64,000 nt of DNA from Candidatus Latescibacterota bacterium. GTDB taxonomy: Bacteria > Latescibacterota > UBA2968 > UBA8231. Within the stretch, counting starts at the first letter, position 1. Every line of letters begins with the position of its first letter. Position numbers and translations under genes: made by a program. Below the pieces are notes generated by a model. That model was not told where the DNA came from, did not search any database, and saw only the letters and a program-made list of their open reading frames with translations. The stretch is taken from assembly GCA_965200315.1 (NCBI GenBank), contig OZ241362.1, positions 4,032,001 to 4,096,000 on the forward strand. Reading direction: 5' to 3'. This document shows, piece after piece, positions 28,173-42,172 of the stretch.

Positions 28173-29225
28173 TCAACCGAAAAATACCGTAGCTAGGTCG
28201 TATAGCTCTTGGTCAACTACCTTGAGCTGATTGACCGCATCGGCGAGTGGGATCGCCACGATTTCATTGCCTTGCAGACTCACCATCTTGCCAAAGTCGC
28301 CTTTATGCACCAAGTCGATGGCGGCAATGCCAAAGCGCGTCCCCAAGACGCGGTCGAAGGCCGTGGGCGTCCCCCCGCGCTGCAAATGCCCGAGCACTGT
28401 AACCCGCGTCTCGTAGCTGGTTGCCTCCTCGACCGCGTTGGCGACGAGTTGGCCGACGCCACCCAGCTTGACGTGGCCGAATTCGTCGAGCCCCCCTTCG
28501 GAGACCACGTATTCTTTCTCCCCGCCCTCCTCGGAAATCAATTGCGCTCCCTCGGCCACCACCACAATTGAAAAGTCCTTGCCGCGTTCGTGTCGCTTGC
28601 GGATGGTGCTGACGATTTCCTCGATGGTGTATTTCTGCTCGGGGATGAGGATCATATCCGCGCCACCGGCCAAGCCAGCGTGAAGGGCGATCCAACCGCT
28701 GTGCCTCCCCATGACCTCGATGACCATCACTCGGTTGTGCGATTCGGCTGTGGTGTGAATTCGGTCGATGGCCTCGGTGACGATATTGACCGCCGTGTCA
28801 AAACCAAACGTGTAGTCCGTGCCATTCAGATCGTTGTCAATGGTCTTGGGCACGCCCACGACTGGCACACCCATGTCCGTTAGCTTGTTAGCTACCCCTA
28901 GCGTGTCCTCGCCCCCGATGGCCACGAGCGCGTCTAACTTTATCCGCCGCATGTTATCGACGACGATTTCGCCGCCATCTTCCTCTTTGAACGGGTTAGT
29001 GCGCGACGTGCCGAGGATGGTGCCGCCCTTGGGCAAGATACCGGAAATCTCTTCCAGTCCCAACGGCTCCCAGTCGCACTCTAACATCCCTTTCCAGCCC
29101 TTGAGAATGCCGCGAAAGCGATATCGATATGCCGTAATGCCCTTGCGCACTACAGCGCGAATGACGGCATTGAGCCCCGGACAGTCGCCTCCTCCGGTCA
29201 ATATGCCGATCGTTTTTTCGGCCAT
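28173..29225 (-). CDS. pfkA: 6-phosphofructokinase, group III (mixed ATP/PPi type)
   Basis: TGGGDCPGLN, GGEDT, PKTIDND, EVMGR, GHLQRGG. Confidence 0.93.
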   Translation of the reverse strand: MAEKTIGILTGGGDCPGLNAVIRAVVRKGITAYRYRFRGILKGWKGMLECDWEPLGLEEISGILPKGGTILGTSRTNPFKEEDGGEIVVDNMRRIKLDALVAIGGEDTLGVANKLTDMGVPVVGVPKTIDNDLNGTDYTFGFDTAVNIVTEAIDRIHTTAESHNRVMVIEVMGRHSGWIALHAGLAGGADMILIPEQKYTIEEIVSTIRKRHERGKDFSIVVVAEGAQLISEEGGEKEYVVSEGGLDEFGHVKLGGVGQLVANAVEEATSYETRVTVLGHLQRGGTPTAFDRVLGTRFGIAAIDLVHKGDFGKMVSLQGNEIVAIPLADAVNQLKVVDQELYDLATVFFG

Positions 29226-29314
29226 AATTCGGATTCCTTGGCTCTCGGCCAACTTTGGTCCAGCTTGGAGTATGGGGGATTTCAAAAGTGTCTGAATGTA
29301 GGAGTTTGTTAGAA

Positions 29315-29998
29315 TTAGGTCAACAGATCAGACTCGTCCGCGCCCGAGCGCGCTAAGACAACGGCCCACAGGCGGTCGCCCCCCACGGCTTGGGCACAGG
29401 CGGTCATGGTCTCCCCAGTCGTCCACACGTCATTTACGATCCCGATTCGAGCATCTGCAGGCGGCGCGGCGCCTAAGGCAAACGCCCCGGCGAGATTGGC
29501 GCGGCGTTCTTCTGCCGACAACAGGGCCTGTTGCCGCGTGTTTTTCTGCCGCCGCACGATCCGGGAGCACACCGGCACCCCGAGCACGGCCCCCAACCCA
29601 GCGGCTATTTCCGCGCTCTGATTGAACCCGCGCTCCCGCAGCCGAGCCGGGTGCAAAGGCACGGGCAACAAGCAGTCCAACGGGGCGAGTTGCTCGGCCA
29701 AGCACTGCCCCATGCGCTCGCCCAACGCCCTTCCTAGCCGCACTTGGTTGCGAAACTTAAGCGCGTAAATGGCCTGTTGCAGCGCACCGGTGAAAGGCCC
29801 CAAAGAGACGACCTTTTCAAACGCACCTCCTCCGTCCTTGGTCTGAGGATGCGAGCAGGGCGACACAATCTCGGCCCAGCACGACTCGCACAGCAGTTCG
29901 GCGGCCTCAATGTTCGCTTCGCAAACCGCACAGTGCGGCGGATAGGCAAAGTCCAACAGGGCACGGCCCCACGTCTGTAGTGTTTCCATTTTGCCCAT
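29315..29998 (-). CDS. ComF family protein (zinc ribbon plus PRTase)
   Basis: CAVC...CESC, PVPLH..R..ERGFNQ, IVNDVWTTGET. Confidence 0.85.
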   Translation of the reverse strand: MGKMETLQTWGRALLDFAYPPHCAVCEANIEAAELLCESCWAEIVSPCSHPQTKDGGGAFEKVVSLGPFTGALQQAIYALKFRNQVRLGRALGERMGQCLAEQLAPLDCLLPVPLHPARLRERGFNQSAEIAAGLGAVLGVPVCSRIVRRQKNTRQQALLSAEERRANLAGAFALGAAPPADARIGIVNDVWTTGETMTACAQAVGGDRLWAVVLARSGADESDLLT

Positions 29999-30034
29999 TT
30001 TGTCCCTCCAAGGTCGCATTGTAGGGGCTCCGCA

Positions 30035-30358
30035 GTGCGTTGTATGCCATACAGAAAAAAACGTGCCAATCTAGTGATCAGGCTTGAAGATGTTGACAGC
30101 CGCCAAGGTAGAGCGGTTTTTAGAAGCGGATACTTCCAAGGCTTAGAAAGCGAAGTGGCCATTCTGGTTATCCCCGTAACTGAAGAGCACACTAGGATAG
30201 GAGGAAGCGTCATCCTACCTCGCCAGCAACTTCTGAACAAAATGCTCTATACCGGCATGAGCCGGGCCAAGGCAATGCTCATAATCGTTGCCGATGAGAG
30301 CTACGAAAGAACCTTGGAGAGGCAGCAGACAATAGGACACCCACCATCCCACAGCTAA
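30035..30358 (+). pseudogene. C-terminal fragment of an SF1 (UvrD-like) helicase
   Basis: Only motifs V and VI (FQGLES, LYTGMSRAK) remain. Low GC. Confidence 0.6.
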
Positions 30359-30843
30359 TTCAGGTTTTCAAGATGCTTCGCGAGCTTTGTCCCGTCGGCC
30401 CCATCGTCATAATCTTTATGCTTTGCCCACTCGAAACACCGCTGGGCGAGGACAGTCCTGTCGTTCAAGAATAGTGATTGTACTCCGAGGTAGTAGAAGT
30501 AGGTAGCACTTTCAGGATGATTGCTATCTTTCATCCTGTTGACAACCTCTTTATCGTCAACCGTGTCTTTGACTCTGACCCAAATGCCCGCCATGCCCGC
30601 CGCGGCCCCAATTCTGCCATCCACTAGTTCGATAGCTCTTTCAACCGCGCCTTGGCCTCCCTATGCGAATTTACGATCCATGAAGTCGGCCTCATAATCA
30701 GGACAGAGCCTGACGGTGCTGTCATAGTTCTCGATCGCTTGTGCCTCATCACCTAAATCGTTGTAGAGGCCGCCCATGTTGAGATAACTTATAGCATGGC
30801 TAGGGCTGAGCCGCAGCACTTCCGTGCAGCTACAGTTCATCAT
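30355..30843 (-). pseudogene. TPR-repeat protein remnant with an in-frame TAG at 30661-30663
   Basis: LRLSPSHAISYLNMGGLYNDLGDEAQAIENYD...RLCPD is a TPR. The same frame continues past the stop into the 30355-30624 ORF. Confidence 0.6.
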
Positions 30844-30907
30844 TTTCCGTTCAATAATATAGAGTGAGCCTAATACACTCCCTAACCCCTTAAAACGAGG
30901 ATCAATT

Positions 30908-33796
30908 ATGCCCCTCCTATACGCGCTCTTCTTTCTCGCCTTGGCCGAGGCCCTACCCGCCGAGTACAAACTACTCCACGGCCCAGACCCCAAAGACCCC
31001 ATGGCGGCCCACATCTACCAGTTGGACAACGGCCTGACAGTCTATTTAACCCAGAACACAGAAGAGCCGCGCTTCTACGCCGAAATCGCCGTCCGCGCCG
31101 GTTCCAAACACGACCCCCAAGACGCCACCGGCATCGCCCATTACCTAGAGCACATGCTCTTCAAGGGCAGCAAGAAAATCGGCACTCTCGACTACGAAAA
31201 GGAGCGGGTCCACCTCGACCGCATTGAGGTGCTCTACGAGCAGCACTTTGGCGAGACCGACCCGGAAAAAAGGGCCGCCATCTACGCCCAGATCAACGCC
31301 GAAAACCAACTCGCCGCCCAATACGCCATTCCCAACGAACTCGACCGCCTCTACACCGCAATGGGCGAGCGCGGCCTCAACGCCCATACTTGGGTTGAGG
31401 AAACCGTCTATAAAGTGGAACTGCCGGCCAATCGTCTGGCCCAATGGGCCAAGGTCGAGGCCGAGCGCTTTCACGAGCCGGTCTTCCGCCTCTTCCAAAC
31501 CGAGTTGGAAACCGTCTATGAGGAAAAAAACCGCTCCCTCGACAACAAGCGCCGCGTCATCTACAAGGCCGTGCAGGAGCATTTCTACAAGGTCCATCCC
31601 TACCGTATCACCACGCTAGGCACCGTAGAGCACCTGAAAAACCCCTCGCTAGAGCGCATGTACGAGTTTTACAACATGTATTACGTGCCCAACAACATGG
31701 CGATCTTTATCTCCGGCGACATTGACATTGACGAGACCATCCAGCTCATCGACCGCGAATTTTCGCTCTGGCAGCGCAGGGAACTGCCCCCATTTCCCGA
31801 GTACAAAGAGCCTGAGATCGACGGAGCAGAACGGGTCGCGGTCAATTATCCCGGCGAGGAATACGTGCTGTTGGCCTTTCGCACGGCCGAGCGGTCGCAC
31901 GAGGACGCCGAGACCTTGCAAATCCTCGATATGATCCTCGACAACGCCACGGCCGGGCTGATCAACCTCAATCTCAATCAGCAGCAGAAGGTGCGCGAAG
32001 CTGGCTCGTACCCTTATCTACTCAACGACTACGGCGCCCAGTACTTGTGGGGCATTCCCAAACAGGACCAGACCCTCGAAGAAGTCGAGGCCCTGCTCTT
32101 GGAGCAGATCGACCTGATTAAGGAGGGGCAATTTGAGAACTGGATCATTCCGGCCATTGTCACCGATTTCAAGAAGAGCGTAAAGCAGGGGCAGGAAAAC
32201 AACAGTTCTCGCGTCAGTTCCATGCGCGAGGCGTATCTCGGGTTTGAGGAATGGAGCCACGCGGTACGCGCCCTCGACCGCATGGCCGAGATCGACAAGC
32301 AAGACGTCGTCGAAGCCGCCAATAAGTACTTCAACGGTGCATACATTGCCGGCTACCGCCGCGACGGCGAACAGGACATCCCCGAAATCGACAAGCCGCC
32401 CATCGACAAAATCGACATCGACGCCTCGCGCCAATCGGCCTTTTTCGCCGAGGTCATGGCCATGCCCTTTGCCGAGGTCGAGCCAGCCTACCTCGTGCCT
32501 GAGCGCGACTTCACCACCCGCGAATTGGCGAGCGGTAGCAATCTCTACTACGCCCGCAACCCGCTCAACGACCTCTTCGACTTTTCTATCGCGATCGACA
32601 TCGGCTCCCTAACCGAAAAACGCCTGCCCGTCGCCCGCGAACTGCTCGACAAGTCGGGCACCCCGCGCTTTACTTCCGAAGACCTGAAAAAGGAGTGGTA
32701 CAAACTGGGCACCGACTTTAGGATGAGCGTCGGCGACCAAGAGACCACGATTTCCATATCGGGCCTCGACGAAAACTTCGCCGCGTCGCTCGCCTTGTTG
32801 TCCGAACTGATGCACGGCCCGACCACCGACGACGCCACGCTCGCCGAGCTTCAGTCCATCATCATCGCTCGGCGCGATGACGCCCTCAAGGATCATCGCA
32901 CCATCCACGAAGCACTCTACCGCTACCATCGCTTAGGCGACATGGCGTACTACCGCCGGGTGTTGTCCAACGAGGAAGTTCGCGCCCTAGGGCGCGAGGA
33001 GTTGCTCGACTTGTTGAGCGGCTTGCTCTCCTATAGCCAGACCCTCAGCTACACCGGGTCGCAAACCATTGAGGACTTACAAGCCAGCCTCGCCCAGCAC
33101 TACCCGCTGCCTGAGTCTCCAGTCGAGCCGCCGCCCTATCAGGTCCTAGAGTTTACCCAGCCCGAAAAAACTCAGCTCTACTTCTTCGACAAGGAAATGG
33201 CCCAAGCCTTAGTGAGGATCGAATACGTAGATGTGCCCTACCAAGAGGCACTCGAGCCAGCCGTCGAGCTGTTCAACGACTACTTCTACGGCGGTATGGC
33301 CGGCATCGTATTCCAAGAAATCCGCGAAGCACGGGCCTTGGCCTACTCGGTGGGTGCCCTCTACTTCAACGGCCGCGACAAAGCCGACTACAACTACATG
33401 GTCGGCGGCATGGGCACTCAAGCCGACAAGACGCCCGAAGCGGTTGCGGCCTTCGTCGGCCTGCTCGACGACATTCCCTCCTCGCCCGAGCGCTTTGCCG
33501 CCGCCCAACTCTCAGTACTCAACAAATACCGCACCGAGCGCCTCGGGTTCCGCTCGGTGTTGGGGGCCGTGCGCGGCTGGGAGCGCAAGGGGCTGACCGG
33601 CGACCCGCGCTCCTGGCGCTTTGAGCAAATTCAAGCCAGCGGCCTCGACGAAGTACTCGAATTCTACCGCCAACACGTCCAAGGACGCCCCAAGCTGATT
33701 TCGATCACAGGCGACAAGAGCAAAATGGACCTAGAGGCTCTAGCAGAGCAGGGCGAGCTCGTCGAACTGGGCTTGAAAGATCTGTTCGCTTTCTGA
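30908..33796 (+). CDS. M16 (insulinase) family zinc peptidase, probably exported
   Basis: HYLEH inverzincin motif, NAHT, YYVPNNM, EIREARALAYS. N-terminal signal-like segment. Confidence 0.92.
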   Translation: MPLLYALFFLALAEALPAEYKLLHGPDPKDPMAAHIYQLDNGLTVYLTQNTEEPRFYAEIAVRAGSKHDPQDATGIAHYLEHMLFKGSKKIGTLDYEKERVHLDRIEVLYEQHFGETDPEKRAAIYAQINAENQLAAQYAIPNELDRLYTAMGERGLNAHTWVEETVYKVELPANRLAQWAKVEAERFHEPVFRLFQTELETVYEEKNRSLDNKRRVIYKAVQEHFYKVHPYRITTLGTVEHLKNPSLERMYEFYNMYYVPNNMAIFISGDIDIDETIQLIDREFSLWQRRELPPFPEYKEPEIDGAERVAVNYPGEEYVLLAFRTAERSHEDAETLQILDMILDNATAGLINLNLNQQQKVREAGSYPYLLNDYGAQYLWGIPKQDQTLEEVEALLLEQIDLIKEGQFENWIIPAIVTDFKKSVKQGQENNSSRVSSMREAYLGFEEWSHAVRALDRMAEIDKQDVVEAANKYFNGAYIAGYRRDGEQDIPEIDKPPIDKIDIDASRQSAFFAEVMAMPFAEVEPAYLVPERDFTTRELASGSNLYYARNPLNDLFDFSIAIDIGSLTEKRLPVARELLDKSGTPRFTSEDLKKEWYKLGTDFRMSVGDQETTISISGLDENFAASLALLSELMHGPTTDDATLAELQSIIIARRDDALKDHRTIHEALYRYHRLGDMAYYRRVLSNEEVRALGREELLDLLSGLLSYSQTLSYTGSQTIEDLQASLAQHYPLPESPVEPPPYQVLEFTQPEKTQLYFFDKEMAQALVRIEYVDVPYQEALEPAVELFNDYFYGGMAGIVFQEIREARALAYSVGALYFNGRDKADYNYMVGGMGTQADKTPEAVAAFVGLLDDIPSSPERFAAAQLSVLNKYRTERLGFRSVLGAVRGWERKGLTGDPRSWRFEQIQASGLDEVLEFYRQHVQGRPKLISITGDKSKMDLEALAEQGELVELGLKDLFAF

Positions 33797-33802
33797 GTCC
33801 TA

Positions 33803-33831
33803 TTGACAAAGCCCCCCCCACCGTCTAGCTT
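33803..33831 (+). promoter_or_regulatory. sigma70-type promoter of tRNA-Met
   Basis: TTGACA-17 nt-TAGCTT, 14 nt upstream of the tRNA. Confidence 0.65.
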
Positions 33832-33845
33832 TTAAACAAGTTTTT

Positions 33846-33922
33846 GGCGGCGTAGCTCAGTTGGTTAGAGCAGTGGAATCATAATCCATAGGTCGGGGGT
33901 TCGAGTCCCTTCGCCGCTACCA
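33846..33922 (+). tRNA. tRNA-Met (CAT), elongator type (Ile2 not excluded)
   Basis: GGCGGCGTAGCTCAGTTGGTTAGAGCAGTGGAATCATAATCCATAGGTCGGGGGTTCGAGTCCCTTCGCCGCTACCA. Confidence 0.95.
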
Positions 33923-33960
33923 CATTTTCCGTCGCTAATTTTGGCGGTTTGTCGTTTAAC

Positions 33961-33995
33961 ACAAGCCCCCGGGGATCACCTCCTCGGGGGCTTGT
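33961..33995. terminator. GC-rich hairpin after tRNA-Met
   Basis: ACAAGCCCCCGGGGA-TCACC-TCCTCGGGGGCTTGT. Confidence 0.7.
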
Positions 33996-34033
33996 CGCAT
34001 GGGCCACCTAGATGATGCGGGCGAGTTGCAGCC

Positions 34034-34452
34034 TCAGCCCGTTATCTCCAACAGTTCAACCTGTCGCCGTTCCTTCCTCGCCAGATCCGCCGCCGCCAGA
34101 ATCTGAACGCATTCCCTGCCGTCATACATCGTGATCGGCATCTCTTCCCCGTTGGCCAAGGCGTCGAAGAATTTGCAGAACGCGCTGTATCCCGGTGGGA
34201 CGAAGCTGCGGTGAAATTCTGACAAGGGTTGCCAGGCTTCTGTTTCCCTTGTGTAGAGCATCAGCGTGGCCGGGTCGCCGAAATCCAGCTTGGTGGAAGG
34301 ATGGTCGCCCCTGACTTGGACCAACGCGCCTTTGTGACCATAGATCTCGGTGGCTAGGGGAGCCCGAGTTTCCGTCTCGCTCGTATGGAGAGTTACGATT
34401 GGACCATTGGCGTAGCGGAAGACAGCGGCATTGTTGTCCTCAACCGGGAGTC
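34034..34452 (-). pseudogene. C-terminal half of a Gfo/Idh/MocA oxidoreductase
   Basis: PVEDNNAAVFRYANG...EIYGHKGAL...FFDALANG..MPIT..DG...VQILAAA. The Rossmann N-terminus is missing. Confidence 0.7.
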
Positions 34453-35530
34453 CTTTGTTGGCCGAGCACTTCCGCTTTTTGCACATTGCTCTGGCTGCCT
34501 GGCGCGTCACGGGCGAGGCGCGCTACCGCGACTGGGTGCTGCGCTATGGGCACAAGCGGGCCGAGCGGTTGCTCGCGGCGGACGAACGGATGCCCGTGTG
34601 GTGGGATATGGACGGGCGTGGATTGCAGCCGGAGGATTTGCAGACCCGCGCAGAGCGGGGGATGGCCGGCAACAACCACCACATCGCCGGCGACCCGCTC
34701 GCTGGCATCGAAAATCTGCTGACGTCGGGTGCGGTCTACGCGCTGGGCGATCTCTTTTTGCTGGAGGGCGACGAAATCTTTCGCCGCACGGCCAAGAGAA
34801 TCGTCGAGCCGCTAATCGGCCAATTGCTCGATCCCTACGCCGACCCGGCCGCGGCCGCGCTCTCCTACTATCGCCGGACCTTCGCCGATTCCTCGCTAGA
34901 CGACGCGATGTGCGCGGTGCTGGCGCGACAACCTGCCGAGTCGGAAGCACCGTGGGCGATGGTCTTTCCCCAAGAGCAGAAGCGTCGCGAGCCGGGGGTG
35001 GGCAAACGCAACGACATGATCTACTGGGGCCATCGGGCGGAAGATGGCTCGGTGCAGCTCTCGCACGAACCAAGCACGGCGGCATTGACGCTAGGGTATC
35101 AATTGACGGGCGAATGGACCATGGCCCGGCGGGCGCTGGGAGCGGCGGCGGCCAAATTCGCCATGGCCCGGCGGGTGTTGCGCGGCGGGCGCGAACACGC
35201 CGATATGGGCGGGGCGATTTGCTCGGTGGCCGCAGGGCATGGGCGCAATTGGGGCTGTGGGGCGCGGTGACGGGTTGCTACGGGCCGTTGTTGATGGGCA
35301 CGTGCGAAGTACAAGGCGCGGTGGTACCGCTGGTCGAGTGGGCCGAAGGCCATTTACCCGAACAAATCTTGACGCTTTTACAACCGCCGGTCAGTGGACC
35401 GGGAACAGCGCTGTTTTACAATGGGGGAGAGGAGCGGCAGGTGCTGGGGTGGCACTTGGCAGGAGCGGCCGATTGGCAGCGCGTTGAGCTGGTCTCGGGC
35501 GAGGCGCGAGAATACCCACTGGAGGAGTAA
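34450..35530 (+). pseudogene. 5'-truncated, frameshifted hypothetical (alpha/alpha-barrel-like) gene
   Basis: LAAWRVTGEARYRDW and LFLLEGDEIFR repeats. A 2-nt shift near 35260 links it to GAVTGCYGP...EYPLEE. Confidence 0.55.
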
Positions 35531-35674
35531 TCATGCGCCTGTACACCTACCTGCTAAAGCTCCAACTGCTCAACGCGCGGGCCCACCGCTTCGAGTCGGC
35601 CCGCTACCCTGTGCGCGATGTGGCCGTCCAAGAGCCCGATTCACACGGCTACGGACGCGACGTGGGGGGCTAGA

Positions 35675-36082
35675 TCAACTACTCGTGCGGAGGCGATTGA
35701 GGGCGCGTGATAGCGCCACTTGAGCGCGCCCTACGTCAATCTCCTCTTGTCCGGCGCGCGCTTGGGTGAGGCGTTCCTCAGCGCGCTGGCGCGCAGACTC
35801 GGCCCGCTCAACGTCGATTTCCTCGACGCGCTCAGCCGTCTCAGCTAGCACCGCAACCTGCTCGTGCCCTACCTCGACAAAACCACCGCTGATGGCCATT
35901 TGGACCTCGTTGCCATCCTCCTCGACAAAACGCAACCCCCCTATCTGTAACGAGGTTAAAAGCGGTACGTGTCCGGCGAGGACGCCGAAACTCCCTTCGC
36001 TACCGGGCGCTTGCAGGCTGGCTACCTGACCCGAGTAAGCCACCCGCTCTGGCGTGACGACTTCTAAGGAGAAGGCGGGCAT
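35675..36082 (-). CDS. atpC: ATP synthase F1 epsilon
   Basis: LEVVTPER, GVLAGHVP, ISGGFVEV. Confidence 0.95.
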   Translation of the reverse strand: MPAFSLEVVTPERVAYSGQVASLQAPGSEGSFGVLAGHVPLLTSLQIGGLRFVEEDGNEVQMAISGGFVEVGHEQVAVLAETAERVEEIDVERAESARQRAEERLTQARAGQEEIDVGRAQVALSRALNRLRTSS

Positions 36083-36085
36083 GGA

Positions 36086-38366
<2,281 letters not shown>

Positions 38367-38369
38367 CGC

Positions 38370-39902
38370 TTAGTCAGCTCCCGCAGAGGGACGGAAGCCA
38401 CCCTTGAATTCTTCGATCGCCGCGTCGAGCTTTTCCCTAGTTTCGTCACTCAAATCGCGACTCTCGTAGATCTCCCTCATAAGCTCGGACTGGCGATCCC
38501 GCATGTAGGCCAGCAACTCGGCCTCAAAGCGGCCTATGTCGGTCGTGGGCAGATCGAGTACGTGGTCGATGATCGACAGCGAGACCGTTAGTTCGGCCAG
38601 CGACTGCGGAGAGTACTGATCCTGCTTGAGGATTTCCATCAGCTTCTCGCCGCGATTGAGCAGATTGCGCGTGGATTGGTCCAAGCCCGAAGTGCCGAAC
38701 TGAGCAAACGCCTTGACTTCGTTGTAGCGCGAAATATCGCCCTTGATGGTCTTGGCCACTGCTTTCACCGCCTTGGTCTGGGCATCGCTGCCCACGCGCG
38801 ACACCGAGGCTCCCACGTCCATGGCCGGCCTGTTCCCCGAGTAGAACAACTCGGGTTTGAGCAGGATCTGGCCATCGGTAATCGAGATGACGTTGGTGGG
38901 TATAAAAGTGGATACGTCGCCTTCGAGAATCTCGATAATCGGCAGGGCAGTCAGCGATCCGCCGCCCTTCTCATCGCTCATCTTGGCGGCGCGCTCCAAT
39001 AGGCGCGAGTGCAAGTAGAACACGTCGCCCGGATAGGCTTCGCGGCCCGGGGGGCGGCGCAAGATCAGCGACATCTCGCGGTAGGCCCAAGCCTGTTTGG
39101 ACAGATCGTCGTAGATGATCAGGGCGTGCTGACCATTGTCGCGGAAGTACTCGCCCATCGAAGCACCGGCATAGGGTGCCAAAAACTGCAAAGGTGCCGG
39201 ATCGGATGCCGTGGCCGAGACCACGATAGTGTATTCCATGGCACCATTGGCCTCCAGTTCGGCCACCAATTTGGCCACGGTTGAGGCCTTCTGGCCGATG
39301 GCCACGTAGATGCACTTGACGTCTTGGTCGCGCTGATTGATGATGGTGTCAACGGCAATGGCCGTCTTGCCAGTCTGGCGGTCGCCGATGATCAACTCGC
39401 GCTGACCGCGACCAATGGGAACGGTCGAGTCGATGATTTTAATGCCCGTCTGCAGGGCCTCGCTAACCGGCTGGCGGTCGATGACGCCCGGAGCTTTGCG
39501 CTCGACCGGCACACTCTCGTCAGCTTGGATGTCGCCCTTGCCGTCAATGGGCATGCCCAAGGGATTGACGACCCGGCCTAGGAGGGCCTCGCCCACTGGC
39601 ACTTCGACGATGCGGTCGGTGCGCTTTACTTGGTCGCCTTCGTTGATCAGGGTGTCCTCGCCGAAGAGCACACAGCCGACGTTGTCTTCTTCGAGGTTGA
39701 GGGCCATGCCCATAATGCCGTGGGGGAATTCCACCAATTCGGTGGCCCGCACATTGCTCAGACCGTGGACGCGGGCCGTGCCATCGCCGACATAAAGCAC
39801 GGTACCTGCCTCGAATACGTCTATTTCTTTTTCAAAGCCCAGTAGCTGTTGCTTGAGAATTTGGGAAATCTCATCGGGCTGAACCATCGTTTCGGTGGCC
39901 AT
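38370..39902 (-). CDS. atpA: ATP synthase F1 alpha
   Basis: [31 protein letters not shown]. Start at [13 protein letters not shown], which follows AGGAGG. Confidence 0.97.
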   Translation of the reverse strand: MATETMVQPDEISQILKQQLLGFEKEIDVFEAGTVLYVGDGTARVHGLSNVRATELVEFPHGIMGMALNLEEDNVGCVLFGEDTLINEGDQVKRTDRIVEVPVGEALLGRVVNPLGMPIDGKGDIQADESVPVERKAPGVIDRQPVSEALQTGIKIIDSTVPIGRGQRELIIGDRQTGKTAIAVDTIINQRDQDVKCIYVAIGQKASTVAKLVAELEANGAMEYTIVVSATASDPAPLQFLAPYAGASMGEYFRDNGQHALIIYDDLSKQAWAYREMSLILRRPPGREAYPGDVFYLHSRLLERAAKMSDEKGGGSLTALPIIEILEGDVSTFIPTNVISITDGQILLKPELFYSGNRPAMDVGASVSRVGSDAQTKAVKAVAKTIKGDISRYNEVKAFAQFGTSGLDQSTRNLLNRGEKLMEILKQDQYSPQSLAELTVSLSIIDHVLDLPTTDIGRFEAELLAYMRDRQSELMREIYESRDLSDETREKLDAAIEEFKGGFRPSAGAD

Positions 39903-39916
39903 AGATCCTCCTGTGC

Positions 39917-40453
39917 CTAACCGGCCAGACGCGCTTGTAGGCGCTCTAGATAGGTATTCACGCTGCCGTCGAATACGGTGTCGCCGACGCGAACGATCGC
40001 GCCGCCCCGCAAACTGGCATCGACTTGGACATCCAAGCGCACTGTGCGGCCGCTGCGGTGTCCTAAGCGCTCCCGCAGGCGCTGGCACTGCTCCTCACTC
40101 AACGCCACGGCCGAGCGCACCTCAGCACTGATTATGCCCTCGCGCTCGGCGGCCTGATCGAGAAAATTTTCGAGTGCCGCTCCGATAATAGAAGCGCGGC
40201 CCCTGACAGCCATGAGCCGGAGAAAATTCAGGGTCAGCACCTCGACCTTGCCGCTGAAGAGCTCCCGCAGGACATTGGCTTGCGCTTGGCTGTCGGCTAG
40301 AGGATTGACCAAAAACTCGGCCAACTCGCCGGATTGGCGCACGGTCTCCAAAAGCCGCTCGACGTCGCGCTGCACCGCTGCGGTCGCGCCCGTTTCATCG
40401 GCGGCCTCCAGCAGCGTAGCCGCGTAGCGTCGCACTACTTCGGGTGCGTTCAT
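39917..40453 (-). CDS. atpH: ATP synthase F1 delta
   Basis: RRYA..L, VD.SL.GG..VRVGD.VFDGSV. Confidence 0.93.
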   Translation of the reverse strand: MNAPEVVRRYAATLLEAADETGATAAVQRDVERLLETVRQSGELAEFLVNPLADSQAQANVLRELFSGKVEVLTLNFLRLMAVRGRASIIGAALENFLDQAAEREGIISAEVRSAVALSEEQCQRLRERLGHRSGRTVRLDVQVDASLRGGAIVRVGDTVFDGSVNTYLERLQARLAG

Positions 40454-40475
40454 TGTCCTACTCGCGCGATGGCGT

Positions 40476-40967
40476 TCAATTGGATTCGGGAATTCTGGCT
40501 ATAAAGTCGTCGACGAGGCCGCGGTTCTTCTCATCGTCCAAATTGGCGTCGATCAGCGCACCAGCGGCTTGAACCGCGAGATTGGCCGTCTCGCGGCGCA
40601 GCTCGGCAATGGCAGCGCGCTTCTCGCTTTCGATACTGGTCCGCGCTTGGTCGAGCATCCGCTCGGCCTCTTCCCGCGCTTGGGAGACGATTGTCTGCCG
40701 CACGTTTGCCCCAGCCTCGCGGGCCTCGGCGACGACCTGCCGCGCCTCTTCATCGGCCGCGGCGAGCTTCTGCTGGTGCTGACTCAGAAGCTCTTCGGCC
40801 TCTTGGCGCGCCTGATCGGCCGCGGCGAGCGCGTCGCTGATGCGTTTCTCTCGCTCGTCGAGAGCCGCCAAAAGCTGGGGCCAAGCGAATTTTTTGAGGA
40901 CGAACAGCACCACCAAGAAGGTGATGATCGTCCATATTATGAGCCCCGCATGGGGATCAAGTAACAT
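40476..40967 (-). CDS. atpF: ATP synthase Fo subunit b
   Basis: N-terminal TM (IWTIITF..LKKFAW) followed by a coiled coil. Confidence 0.93.
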   Translation of the reverse strand: MLLDPHAGLIIWTIITFLVVLFVLKKFAWPQLLAALDEREKRISDALAAADQARQEAEELLSQHQQKLAAADEEARQVVAEAREAGANVRQTIVSQAREEAERMLDQARTSIESEKRAAIAELRRETANLAVQAAGALIDANLDDEKNRGLVDDFIARIPESN

Positions 40968-40977
40968 GGCGCTTGTA

Positions 40978-42068
<1,091 letters not shown>

Positions 42069-42127
42069 GTACTGCCTTGTGAAATATCCAAAAATAGGAG
42101 GGAATCTGTCGCAGTAACCAACCGATT

Positions 42128-42156
42128 AAATTAATTAGACCGTAAATTCCTGTCAA
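42128..42156 (-). promoter_or_regulatory. possible internal promoter upstream of atpB
   Basis: Minus strand TTGACA-17 nt-TAATTT in an AT-rich gap. Confidence 0.5.
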
Positions 42157-42172
42157 CACCTCACGGGCACTT

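Noticed and set aside
30661-30663. In-frame TAG as stop-codon recoding
   Set aside because: TAG ends many normal genes in the window and the surrounding gene is a decayed fragment.
35590-35608. TTCGAGTC-GGC-CCGCTACC resembles the tRNA-Met 3' end (possible attR)
   Set aside because: The spacing differs from the tRNA (3 vs 6 nt), it reads as ordinary codons (FESARYP) of the 35533 stub, and no integrase is present.
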